A stretch of 64,000 nucleotides of DNA from Podarcis pityusensis (lineage: Eukaryota), in assembly GCA_964106645.2 (NCBI GenBank), contig OZ067044.1. One strand, 5' to 3'. The notes beneath the pieces were generated by a model that saw only the letters and a program-made list of their open reading frames with translations, did no database searches and was not told the DNA's origin. Made by a program: the position numbers and the translations under genes. This document shows positions 1 to 10,953 of this stretch, piece by piece (the first letter of the stretch is position 1; each line of letters begins with the position of its first letter).

Positions 1-17
1 GATTTGCCACTGCATCT
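1..17 (-). other. CABYR: Candidate start of the CABYR terminal (3' UTR) exon, running off the window edge
   Basis: Minus-strand acceptor tgtccctttttcag| (AG at 19-18) with branch-point-like CTTAAT about 30 nt upstream. Would pair with the unmatched AGG|GTAAGT donor at 876-875. Confidence 0.5.
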
Positions 18-202
18 CTGAAAAAGGGACACACTCACCAAACCAATTAAGATGTAAATGGCATCAGCACCCTCATACAGCTCAGAGCACTATGTCCTTG
101 GAAACAGGGTCCCAGGTGCATAACTGGGCAGGGAAGACATATGCACAACACAGTGCTCCATGTGCCATTACCCGCTCTACGCACTAAGCCACTCTCTCCA
201 TG

Positions 203-297
203 CACTACAAGTCCCATCGTCCCTGGCCATGCTTGCTGAGGCTGGTGGGAGTTGTAGTTCAGCAACATCTGGAGGGCCAAAGGTTTCTTTACACCTG
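203..297. mobile_element. Palindromic squamate MITE fragment (actacaa-tccca / tgggagttgtagt family); related copies at about 5455-5584, 18071-18194, 32325-32457 and 57460-57585
   Basis: Shared motifs ccctccagatgtt / aacatctggaggg and ggccatgc across the copies. Confidence 0.65.
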
Positions 298-704
298 CAT
301 CAAATCCTTTTCTGAATACAAAAGTCCTACCAATGAATTGCGGGGCAAGGTGGAGGGTATTCAATTTCCAAACTTTTAACTTTTCTGCCAAACAGTCAAA
401 GAACAGAATTTAAGTTTCATAAAAAAACAGAAGCTAAGCACAAACTTTTGCATCAGAGCCATCACCTGGGAATACATTCCACTGAAATCAGTAGGATTTG
501 AGTTCCAAGTTGAAAGCTTATGGTCATTGCCAACTGAGGTGTGTGCAGAGAATTCCAACATTATTTTAGTGTCCCGTTTTCAGCAGCTCACAACCCTTAA
601 AAAATAAACTACTTGTCTACTCTTTATTTTTCACTGTTCCCAATATGAAAATGGTACAGCTTCTTCTCTAGAGGGAAATGCATAAAATAAATTTGGGGTT
701 AGGG

Positions 705-728
705 ACACACACACACACACACACACAC
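705..728. repeat. (AC)n microsatellite
   Basis: Directly visible. Confidence 0.9.
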
Positions 729-883
729 CCACCCCGCCGGTTTGCAACCTTGGAAGAAAACTTTCTGATCCCAGAATGGCTGCAGCATATTAGAAATGTA
801 GCCCACTACAGAATACATCTCTACAACCAACCAACCAACCATTAAAAAAATAAACAAAGTGAACTGATCTACTTACCCTTTTG

Positions 884-1518
884 CTATTCTGTCCTGCGCA
901 CAGAGGCAGTAGTAAATGTGATCTCTCCTGCTATACCATAGCTGCCTGCAAAGGGTGCTTTATCCCCAGCTCCTGAGCCCTTCTTCCCATTCATCACATC
1001 TTCCAGTGGTATGGCAACTGAAAGAAAAACTGGAGTTGGAGGCCTGCCGCTATCCTGTGTGGAGTTAAAATTGGGATTGGCCATTTTCGGATCTGCTGCC
1101 CTGGCAACTGGTACGGGTATTGTAGCGAACCTCCTCACAGTCCCGCCAGTATCCTGCTGTGCAAGGACAGCATGGCCAGGGATGGGTTTCCAGTCCTGTT
1201 TATTCTGAACAGAAGAGCCCACTAAAATGAAAGGTGGTGCATTTCCCTTCTTCCCTTCTTCCATCATCACATAAGTTGGAGAGGACACTTGTGGTGGTTG
1301 GCCTTGTTGTAGCATCTGCGGCTGTAGATACTGCGGCTGGTCCTTACCACTAGATATGAATAGGGTTGCCTGGGGAACAGGAGCACCAGTTCCAACAGGT
1401 GGAAGGGGTGGTGGAGGTGGTGGTGACTTGCGACCTTGTTGATGCATATCAGTTAGACAATAGAGAGTCCACACATTAGAATATGGTGGTGGTTGTCCTG
1501 GTTCGCTTGTTGCCATGG
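884..1518 (-). CDS. CABYR: CABYR coding region B exon (AMATSEPGQ...TTASVRRTE*); exon extends to 877
   Basis: Acceptor ttttatag|CC ATG (AG at 1520-1519), phase 1. TAG at 886-884. Strong similarity to recalled human CR-B. Confidence 0.93.
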
Positions 1519-4500
1519 CTATAAAATAAAAATTTAAAGAAAATTTGCTGGCATGAAAGACCATCTAGTAGGATGTACGAACTGCAGTCACATTGCATAG
1601 CCTTACCCACAACTTTATGCCACAGAGAAAGGATGTTACAGAGAGGAGAGAATCCCTGAAGGCAAAAGGGAGGACCTTGGCATGGCTGAAATGGAGAACA
1701 GCAGAAGAACCGGTTCTCATAATTTTCGAAATAAATCCAAAGTATCAGATTCACAACTTTGGGGGGCAATTTGTGTCATTAGGTACTTCTGTTGGTTGTA
1801 AGGATACTGTTTTCGTATGGGTGACCCAAAGATAATGGGTTGAAAGTGTCTCCTCGACCACAAGTCCTGTCCAGCCATGCCAACCCTTTGTGTTCCTCTA
1901 ACCCCTGTCCCCTTCGGCATTCTCTCTTCTGTAAGATGCTTCCAGACCTTACCTACCTATACCTCTCTAATGGGAAGTGACTCTAGGGAATAGTGCGCCA
2001 TCACAGGGCACACCAAGGCCATGGGAAAGGTGCTAGGAGAGCTTCTCCAGCTCGAGAACAGGAGTGGGCTACACACTTCTCACGGAGGGAGAGCAGAGAA
2101 TGAGAGGAAACAGTGTCGCCATGGGAAGCCAATCCTCCAGCTGCAGCAAGATCTGCAGTTCTCAGCAAGAAGCGATTAGTCCCCTCTCTGTCAACAATCT
2201 GGAGAAGACCAGACCTAATGGGACAGCCCAGGCAACCACCACCATTTCTTTTAAATGCAAAAACCTAAGCAGTGCCATGGCTGAGCATCTGAATACTAGT
2301 TCGTTTTTTAAAAAACACAACCTGAAGCCACAGTCACCCACATCACTTTCTGTTAACCGCTGTGAGCATGTGTGTAATTTTGATTCAAGATGCATAGTCT
2401 ATTGTGAGAGGGGCTAATCATGGTTTAAAGAAGGGCCAAAAGGCATTGGCCTAACTCCCCGCTGAATGTCATCCTGCTCCTGCCCAGTCTGCTTGTAGGA
2501 AATGATACAAGACTTGAGCAGAAAATTGGGGCAGCTGGCATTCATGCAAGGTACGTTTTGGGGCCTACTCACAATCAACCATGCACCTGGAAAAAAACAG
2601 AGGCAAAAATTCCAGACATGCACATTCCAGTTAGGTGCTGTGGGCTCTGTAACTCCCTAAAAGCAAAAGTGACCAATCACTTATCTCAACATTGCACTGC
2701 CATAGATACTTGCATTTAAATAATTAAAGCTCCAGTCATCAAGGCACTGTACCAGCACAAGGCCTTTGGGGTCACAACCACACCATTCATTTAAAGCACA
2801 TGGCTTCCCCCACAAAGTCCTGGGAATTGTAGTTTAAGGGTGCTGGGGGCTCTGTGAGAGGTAAACTGCAGTTCCCAGTATGCTTTGTTGGGGGAGCCAT
2901 GTGCTTTTAATGTACAGTGTGGGTGTGACCTCAGTCTCAGCTGAGCTATGGGCACAAGTGCATTTGAGGAGATGGAGCCATCTGTTGATTATGGAGCAAT
3001 AATATCACTACAACATGGAATAGGCAGCTTTCAGAAATATCTTGACTTTCTTACCTGACATAATAAAACCTGGATCAGCTGAACTCAGTTCCTCTGCAGT
3101 ATCCATCCTGTCAGGGTCACATTCTGCATCATCTGCAGATGGATCTAGAATACTAGCAAACTGACCTGCATTCTGCGAAGCCATCAGCGGATTAAAGAGA
3201 CATGCTACAGTGTCTACGAAAGGAATTACTATCTGCTGCGGAAACTGCTCTACATACGGTGGTGGTTGGGGCTCTCCACCAGCATTGGGATCATCATCAC
3301 ACATGGGGGTGAGCTGTATGTCTGATGTGAGCTCAATTTCACTTGAACAAGATTCAGCCTGCAATGGGTCTTTATCAGGAGGAGGAGGTGGTGGTGGTGG
3401 CGGGGGCGGCTGTTCTTCCAGCAAGGGGTCTGAGGAATCTGGATCTGCTAAGTCGGCAGGTGGCTGCTCAGCCTGACTGCCTGAGGTAACTACCTCCCCA
3501 GGAGCAGAGGTGTGACTTTGAGTGGCGGACCCAGCCCTGAGAGAGTGTACAGAAGCTGCAGGGGTAGCAGATTCTGCTTCTGCTTCTGCAGGGGCAGCAG
3601 GCTCTGCTTCTGCTTCTGCAGGCGCAGCTGGCTCTGCTTCTGCGGGGGCAGGCTCTGGTTCTGCGGGGGCAGGTTCCGGTTCCGCAGGGGCAGGTTCCGG
3701 TTCCGCGGGGGCAGGTTCCGGTTCTGCGGGGGCAGGCGGTTCCTCTTCTGCAGGGGCAGGCGCTACTTCCGATGGGGCAGGGGCAGGTTCCGGTGCGGGT
3801 GAGGGTGGCGGGGCCTCTGTGACTGAAGCAGCAAGATTCTCTACACTTTGGGATGAGGTAGGGAGCGTCTGCACTGAGACCGCCACATCCTTCAGTTCAG
3901 CTTCGGAAGAAACAGGTTCAACTTTACCTAGCATCTGGGATGCCAGCTGGGCTGGATCGGCCGGGACATAGGCGAGCCCAGCTCCCTTTTCGTCCCCAGC
4001 CCTGTCTACAAACTCGTCCACGGTCGATGGGTACTGGGTTGTCTTGGTGCACTGTTCACGGCGTGGTTCTTCACTTATCTGGTCCTCTTCTGTGTCAGTC
4101 GATTTCTCCTTCCGTTTCGGTTCGTCACTCATCGGAGCCGTCGTGTCCACCTCTGGCCTATACGCATCTCCCACGTCAGCCCTTTTGCGGGGCACCTGTG
4201 CCGCTCCTGCTGTCCCTTCTGCCCATCCTTCCACTGCAGGGTGAACAGGAAACAAGGTTAAACAGCTTTCTCCTCAAAGCGCTTTCTCTCTCTCTTTCTC
4301 TCTAAGCCACCAACTTGCAGTTGCTTAAAACCACCAACTTCCAAGTCCAGTTTGAAAAGCTTAACACTTATTTATTAATTGCTGGGAGACTCAATGAATG
4401 GCTAACATGGAGCTTGTGAAATGTTGAGGTTGTTCCATACATTCAACTGTCATATAGTGTCCACTTGTCATTTCAAGGCTGCACAATAGGAGCCGGTTTT

Positions 4501-7181
4501 CTGCAATTCCCCAAAGACTGGATTTTTAAAATACTTTCACTTTATACTTTAAATGCTGAACAGTAAATGTCATAATGACCTAGACAACATTAATCCCTTT
4601 CCATAAAACCACTTATTTCCTTTGAAGAGGGGTTACAGCTCAGTGACAGAGCAAGTGTTTTTTAAAACCTCTTCCTGTAATAGCTCATGATCTGTGATTT
4701 TTATTTTTAATATGGTTTCAATTGTACAGATGTAATTGTTACAAACCACTTTGCTATTTTTTATTTAATTTTCATATGCAAGTGTTTTTTTATGAACAAA
4801 TACATATACAAGGTCCGCTGTTTGCTCCAGTCCAGGCAGGACTGGGAAAGACCTCTATTCAAAACCCTGGGAAGTTGCTACTACAGTACTAATCAAGTAT
4901 CAACAATACTGAGGTAGATACTGGCCTGATTCAGTATTAGGCAGCTGTGTTCTTTATGGAAGGTGTCTGCTGAGCACCACTTTCTATAAACCCCAGGTTC
5001 CTACAAATCATAAGTGGATCCTTTCTACTTCAAACAATTCATCTGCTTCTGGACTATTACCAAATAGTGGTAATGGGCCTTATGGACCTGACCTGATCTC
5101 AAGTCCGAATAACCCTAAATAGCCACTATGAGGCGGCTGCCCCCCTGTGGCCACATGTCCATTTGGCAAGTTGCATGTGCACTATTCACTCCTTGTTTTC
5201 CTCTCGCATCCACTCAGCAGCCTAATTTAGAAAGCAGGGGAGACCTTTTCGTTGTTGCTATTGTTAAACAACTGGGCATCAGAATCCTCATGGATCTGCT
5301 GTGAATCACTCAAGAGATCTACCTTCTGGCCACCTCTGCCTTACAACATAGATCAGGGACATATTTGGGGACAGGGTATTTTGTGACTGCATGAATAAAC
5401 TTCCCCAACCTGCAGCTACTTATTTGTTGCATATTTTCCACAAAAATACAAGTCAACTTTGTGGGGCCTTCCAATGTTGCTGGGCTAGAACTTCCACCAT
5501 CCTTGACTGTTGGCCATGCTGTCTGAGGCTGGTGGGGGTTGTATCAAAACAACCTCTGGAAGGCCACAACTTCCACCGTCCCTGACTGCTGACCCAAACA
5601 GTGTCTCTTCAAATTGCCATTTAACAGGGGATCTATCTAAATCCAATTTAGCTGCCTCAGTTATAATCCCTTTTTGAGGGAGACAAAATAACACATTGCA
5701 GTAGTTCTGTGATCCTGTTTACAGGGGCGAAACGAGGCTTTATTTCACCCAGGTCAAACACCCAGTTTGGCACACACACCATGTGCATTTGTGTACACAC
5801 ACAGAGGCTGGAAACCTCAATGGTGCCCCTCTGAAGGCTTCACCCAGGGGGGAAAAAACTGGCTAGGTCCCCCCCCCCCAAATAGCAACGGCTCTGCTGT
5901 GTAGCATATTTTAAAAGGCATGAGATTCCAGGACTCAGGCTATGATATAAGTGGAAGACTGATGTGGCAGAAAAGGGGTTTCTATTGCTACAATTGATAA
6001 CAACAACTGTTACTCCTGCTACTAACAATACGGTTCAATAGTCTTTAAACAGAGATATCAAGTCTTTTTAACCCAAAATGATGATTCTAATACAAAAACT
6101 GCAGGCTACCATTTAAAAAGAAATACAGTTTGCACAATGCCTGTCAATATATTCTATATACTGTCTAAAGTTTATTCATACATACAATTCCTAGTGATTT
6201 AAAAACACATGTGCTAAAACACAAGATTGCTGATTTCCTCCCAATACAAGGAAGGACAATCTTTACTGCAATTAAAAGGTTAACAATCAATTTTTTGCTT
6301 GATTTGGCACTTTTCGTATTTAATTCAGTAACACTTAAGTAGGGTTTCTTATTTAATTTTCCTGGTGATATTTAATTTTCCAGGGTGAAAAGCACCCTTC
6401 CCAAGCTGCATTTTCTGGTATGGGGCGAGTTTCTGTTGGAAAATGGGATGAGGAGGCGAGCCCCTTTTCCCCCATGCCAAGTTTCCACTTCAAATAGCAC
6501 CCTCAGTGGCTGCAGTGTATTTCTTTTAAAAAGAGGGAGGGAAGGCAGGAATGATCCACACCATAAAGTGCATTCAATGCACACTTAAAGCAGACTGCTT
6601 TCCCCAAAGAATTTCAGGAACTGTAGTCCCCCCAACCTACAATTCCCAGGACCCTTAACAAACTACCACTCCCAGGATGCTTTGGGGGAAGTCATGTCCT
6701 TTAACTGTGTGTTGGCTGTGCTTTAAATGTATGGCATGCATCTGCCTGTGCTAGTTCTTGCCCCAAGAACTATTGCTTTGCTGCTCATGTCTTACCTCTA
6801 GTCATATGAAACTCTCTCACCAGGTCTTTAATGTCTAAATTAGGGTGGTCTGGAAAGAAAAGGTGGGAAAAGCTAATTAATTTTAATTCAGGGTATCAGA
6901 TTTTACAAAGGCTTGAGGGGGTGGTTTGCTGACAATTTATAAATTGGAGCCATTGCGGCAGTACTGTTAGTCCAAAATGTCACTGAATTGCTCTATAAAC
7001 TAGTATTTAACTTAAAAAAGAAGAAAAGCAAACCTTCTCGGAAAAGTATCAGTTCCCTGAAATACACAGCAGCAAATTCAGTAATGTTAGAGGGACTGGC
7101 TTTCAGAACTGCTCTGCTCACTCCCTCAAGTAGAGTCTTGAGGCCATAAGGAACCACCATCCTGGGCTTTGTGGTATGCAT
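884..7181 (-). CDS. CABYR: CABYR spliced CDS span. Long form join(7181-7034, 6849-6796, 4233-3055, 1518-884) = 671 aa; short form using the internal donor at 3928 = 380 aa
   Basis: N-terminal RIIa-type D/D domain (KPRMVVPYGLKTLLEGVSRAVLK) and motifs EKSTDTEED, AYVPADPAQLASQMLG, EQFPQQIVIPFVD, MATSEPGQPPP, PPFILVGS, PVFLSVA, GSYGIAGE match recalled human CABYR. GT-AG junctions are phase-compatible. Position downstream of TTC39C matches human synteny. Confidence 0.95.
2770..2930. mobile_element. Palindromic MITE; related copy at 6544-6746
   Basis: Inverted ends ggtcac..cacac / gtgtgggtgtgacc and internal inverted aaagcacatggcttcccc / ggggagccatgtgcttt. Confidence 0.7.
3055..4233 (-). CDS. CABYR: CABYR exon 4 (coding region A), long form; alternative internal donor at 3928
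   Basis: Acceptor cctgcag|TG GAA GGA TGG (VEGW; human VEKW). Internal donor CTAG|gtaaag (GT 3927-3926) and distal donor TCAG|gtaaga (GT 3054-3053) are both phase 1. Confidence 0.9.
3572..3800 (-). repeat. Coding minisatellite in CABYR CR-A: 21-nt units (PAPAEPE) and 30-nt units (PAAPAEAEAE)
   Basis: Four 21-nt units at 3638-3721, two 30-nt units at 3572-3631, plus degenerate flanking units. Confidence 0.9.
4626..4947 (+). mobile_element. Diverged tRNA-derived squamate SINE (Squam3-like), interrupted by an AT-rich insert
   Basis: Head ggggttacagctcagtgacagagca; body gggaaagacctct...aaaccctgg...acaatactgag...tcagtattaggcagct. Confidence 0.55.
6796..6849 (-). CDS. CABYR: CABYR 54-nt exon (DHPNLDIKDLVREFHMTR)
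   Basis: Flanked by ttttctttccag| and AGAG|gtaaga. Matches recalled human DIKDLVKQFH; phase 1-1. Confidence 0.93.
7034..7181 (-). CDS. CABYR: CABYR first coding exon, RIIa D/D domain (MHTTKPRMVV...ILFRE); exon probably begins at 7216
   Basis: ATG at 7181-7179 (ACAATG). Acceptor tttctttacag| at 7218-7217; donor GAAG|gtttgc at 7033-7032. Confidence 0.93.
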
Positions 7182-8189
7182 TGTTGCCACTTGAAGACAA
7201 TACTGCAATTTCACAACTGTAAAGAAAGGAAACTGGATGAAAAGAGACACTGGTGTTTTCTACAATCTACACAACTACTTTCTACCCACAAGCCACATGG
7301 AAGGTATTACTCAGTGATTTTTGGGGCCTCTAGTGGACAGTAATGAGGAAGTTTAGCATGTGTAGACTTCTTATGGGAATTTTTGGAGGGGAAGCCATGT
7401 TAGGCTGCAATCCACACCTCCCTCTTTGCTCAGTTCACACTGCTAACTACTTGCACCCCCAAGGGTAGCTGTAGAATGATGTCATTTTGTGCATTTATAT
7501 TCTGCCTATTAGGGCAAACCCTCCCAAGGCAGCTAACAAAAATCAATACAAGATAGCATTTCAAGAGGTGTTCGACTTCTGCAGCAAAAACAACAGAAGT
7601 TGCTTCCAAACCTGTTTACTGAGCATTCCTATTGATTTGTTTGCACGTTTGTGCGAAGGGTTACACACCTCACTTTCCAAGGTATTTTCCCATCACTCTC
7701 CGAATCACAAAAAGCACCACCTGAATTTGCAAGTATGCACTTGAATCACACCTGTAAATAGCAACAGGTGGAAGATGTCCAGGGACTCTTATAATGCCTT
7801 ACAGATTAACAAATTTAATAGTGAATCAGCTTCTATCATGTGCATGGAGTGTTATACTGAGTTACATAATACATATGGGAATTTTTGGGGGGATGGGGGT
7901 GTAAAAAGTGAGGTCAGCAAGGGAAATAAAATGCAGAAAGTATTAATTATGCACATTCACGAAACAGTTAAGTACATCCTTATCACCACACCTGCATTGT
8001 ATTTCCAGCTATATTTCTACTCAGACCTAAATATGTGTGTGTATCTACACAAACACACACACACATATATGAATCTGATGAAGTGGACAAAGTGGTCCAC
8101 GAAGTTTATGCCATAATAAGACACAAATAGCAGAGAAATGTGCTGGGAGTCTTCCCTGTGGGGAGGGTAACCACAACTGAAATAAAGCA

Positions 8190-8810
8190 TCCAGCCGTAG
8201 TAGGGCGCCGCTCCCGAGACCTCGGGCCCGGACTCCGACGCCCTTCCCTGCACGCCCCTCGCCCAGCTTCGCGGCCCTGCACGCAGGAAGCCGCCCCTCG
8301 CTCGGCTCCTTGTTTGCTCCCCATCCAACCCGCTCGTTCTGCTCATCAGCCACAAGGTGGCTCCCTCGCTCGCCAAACCGCCGCTGGCTCGAAAGCTGCC
8401 CGACCTTTCTTTAAAAAATACTTCGCTAGTCGGCTGCGCCAAAGCTCCCGCCTCGCCCCTTGCCGGAGCCTCCTCTGGAGCGGCGAAGAAGACCGGCGGA
8501 CCTTTTATATCGAGATGCTCCTGGTGGGCGGGGCTAGAGCGCACGCATTTGTGAGGTCACAAAGGCCGAGTTAGACCAGCGCTAAGGAAAGGGCGGGGAC
8601 GATGGCCCTGACGTTCGCCAGGCCTACTCTAGATATACGCGCGAAGCCCCTCAGCGCGGCCAACTCGGAGTGAGCGCGCGCCTCCCTGAAACAGGCGCGA
8701 AGGGGGTTAGGGCGTCAGGGGTCCAGCTGCAGTTATTACACGGCCGTTACATAAACGCGTGTCATTATTACAATAAAAAACCCGCCAGTAGCTCCACACG
8801 TGACGAGTTA
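8190..8810. promoter_or_regulatory. CpG island, probable CABYR promoter and non-coding exon 1 region
   Basis: Abrupt GC- and CpG-rich segment about 1 kb upstream of the first coding exon. Contains GC boxes (GGGCGGGG near 8526 and at 8591), half-CRE sites and MYB-like sites. Confidence 0.75.
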
Positions 8811-9280
8811 TCTAGTGTAGAGAATTAATATGCCCCTCCCTGTTTGCATTTCCAGGTGAAACTGACCTGGCTGCGCTCGTTTACCTGTTTTTTAAAAACT
8901 GTTTTGTCTGAAAATATGGTTTACAATCTGTAACACATGCTTCTCCCACCCTTATAAAATGTATCTTCATACTGCTGTCAAATGTTAGATTGCACACTCA
9001 TGAAGACACATACCTCTCTCCTTCCAGTATTTTGGAGGTGCTTTATAAATAAGCAGCAACAAAATGGATGCCTGCATACATACAAATTGACAACATACAC
9101 GAGGCATGCGAAAATGAGTACGAGAGACATGTCTCTTAAATGTTTGACTTTTCAAATCCACTTGCAATGTGTCAAGAAATGCTATATAGCACTGAAAAGC
9201 TCAGCTATTCAGCATTAAGTTCTCCCCTAGCTCCCTTAAATCTGTATAATTTCACTGCTTGAGCGCCTTCCAAGGGCCAT

Positions 9281-9580
9281 AGGTAAAGGTAAAGAGACCC
9301 CGGACCATTAGGTCCAGTCGTGGCCGACTCTGTGGTTGCGGCGCTCATCTCGCTTTATTGGCCAAGGGAGCCGGCATACAGCTTCCGGGTCATGTGGCCA
9401 GCATGACTAAGCCGCTTCTGGCAAACCAGAGCTGCACACGGAAACACCGTTGACCTTCCCGCCAGACGTGCTTTCGAACTGCTAGGTTGGCAGGAGCAGG
9501 GACCGAGCAACGGGAGCTCACCCCTTGTTGCGGGGATTTGAACCGCCGACCTTCTGATCAGCAAGTCCTAGGCTCTGTGG
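9281..9580 (-). mobile_element. Sauria SINE with an internal deletion
   Basis: Reversed (ACCTTT)n tail aggtaaaggtaaag; core cgggtcatgtggccagcatgact. Homologous to the 58995 copy but lacks the gatagataaataggt segment. Confidence 0.88.
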
Positions 9581-10953
9581 TAACAAATTAACGAGTTGCA
9601 TGCAAGTCAACAGGGGACAGTTGGCATCCGCTTCTGTGAGTATAGCTATATGATGCATGTGCTTTCCGAACATTTATTTGCTACAATGACTTCTGTGTGC
9701 ACCTGAAAATAATGTATGTGAAGAGATCCTGAAACACAGCAGGCACAGATCTTCACTGGGGAGTTCATGTAAGCTTTTGAGGCTTCACAGTGTTCTGGTT
9801 TTTGTTATGTATTTTCTGATTTTGAACATTGTGGACCAATTCTCTGTAACTCAGGACTTTAGGGGAATGTAAAAGACAAGTGTGGGAATGAATGCAGGTG
9901 GACTCTTGGCAAAGCTAGTAGTCAAGTGAGTAAGCAATTGAGTATAGGCAGATAAAAGGTTTTCAAAGCCTGCATATGCATGGAAAGCCGAAGTAGAACT
10001 TTGCAGATCTGGAATTATTCAAACACTCAGGTAATTAATACAAGTGTATTTTGTTTCCTTTTTTTAATGCTAATGTTTTCAAAATGCTGGGATCTATTCA
10101 GGCATTTCCCTATCTTATGTTTGAGCTAAGGCTTGAAAGCACTGAACTATCTGCAGGTCTGTACTACAGATTAAACCGTATACAACTGAGATGACCACCT
10201 AAACAAAGATGATGAATACCTAAACAAAGTGATTTTTGAAAAATTCTCAAACTGAAGTAGCGAACATTGTGCATAGTCTAATGGATTTTATGCAACCATT
10301 ACACTGGAAGAGATCGAAGGCCATCTAAACTTAACCAAGCACACAAAGACCATTCACCCACTTGGCACAACACAGATCAACCTGTGGCACAATTCAGCTC
10401 ACAAAACAAACTCCAAGGCCTCCAGGCAACTTAATCTAGAGGAAAATCCCTTCCAAATGTAAATCATACCCAGTTCATACCATGTAAAATTTATCCAAGT
10501 TATGCCGCATGAATTATTGTGAGTGTGACTTATGCTCCAAAGCTTCCAGTCTAATTGTAGCAGTCTTGGCACTCCAATAGAAAAAGAAGGGAACCAGTTT
10601 CCAATGCAATGGTTCACATGTGAGAGATGTGAAATTGTACAATTTCATTGATAAATATTATTGTATCATATTATAAGCCCAGGACACTCCATTTTCTCTC
10701 AGCTAGGCTAGCCAAAAAAATTAACTCAATATAAATTTTCTTTTGATTTCCACATTTTGTTCAATTTAACTAATTGCTCCTCTATTCCATTAACTCTGCT
10801 GTTATTTGCTGTGCAACAATTGTCCCTTTCACATTTGTTTGATCAAGCAACCCTCCAGGCTAAGCCAGTGATGTAATCTATGCAGGTGCTGAGGGAATAC
10901 AACAGGATGGCATTTAAAAAACAGAGGTCAAGTCAGGAAAATGTTCTACAGAT

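Noticed and set aside
3522-3971. Plus-strand ORF with silk-fibroin-like GSGSAGA repeats (also ORFs 3210-3476 and 3512-3802)
   Set aside because: These are the antisense reading of the CABYR Pro/Ala/Glu minisatellite, with no independent gene signals.
8017-8574. Several overlapping ORFs of 65-175 aa
   Set aside because: Stop-poor GC-rich CpG island; no recognisable homology.
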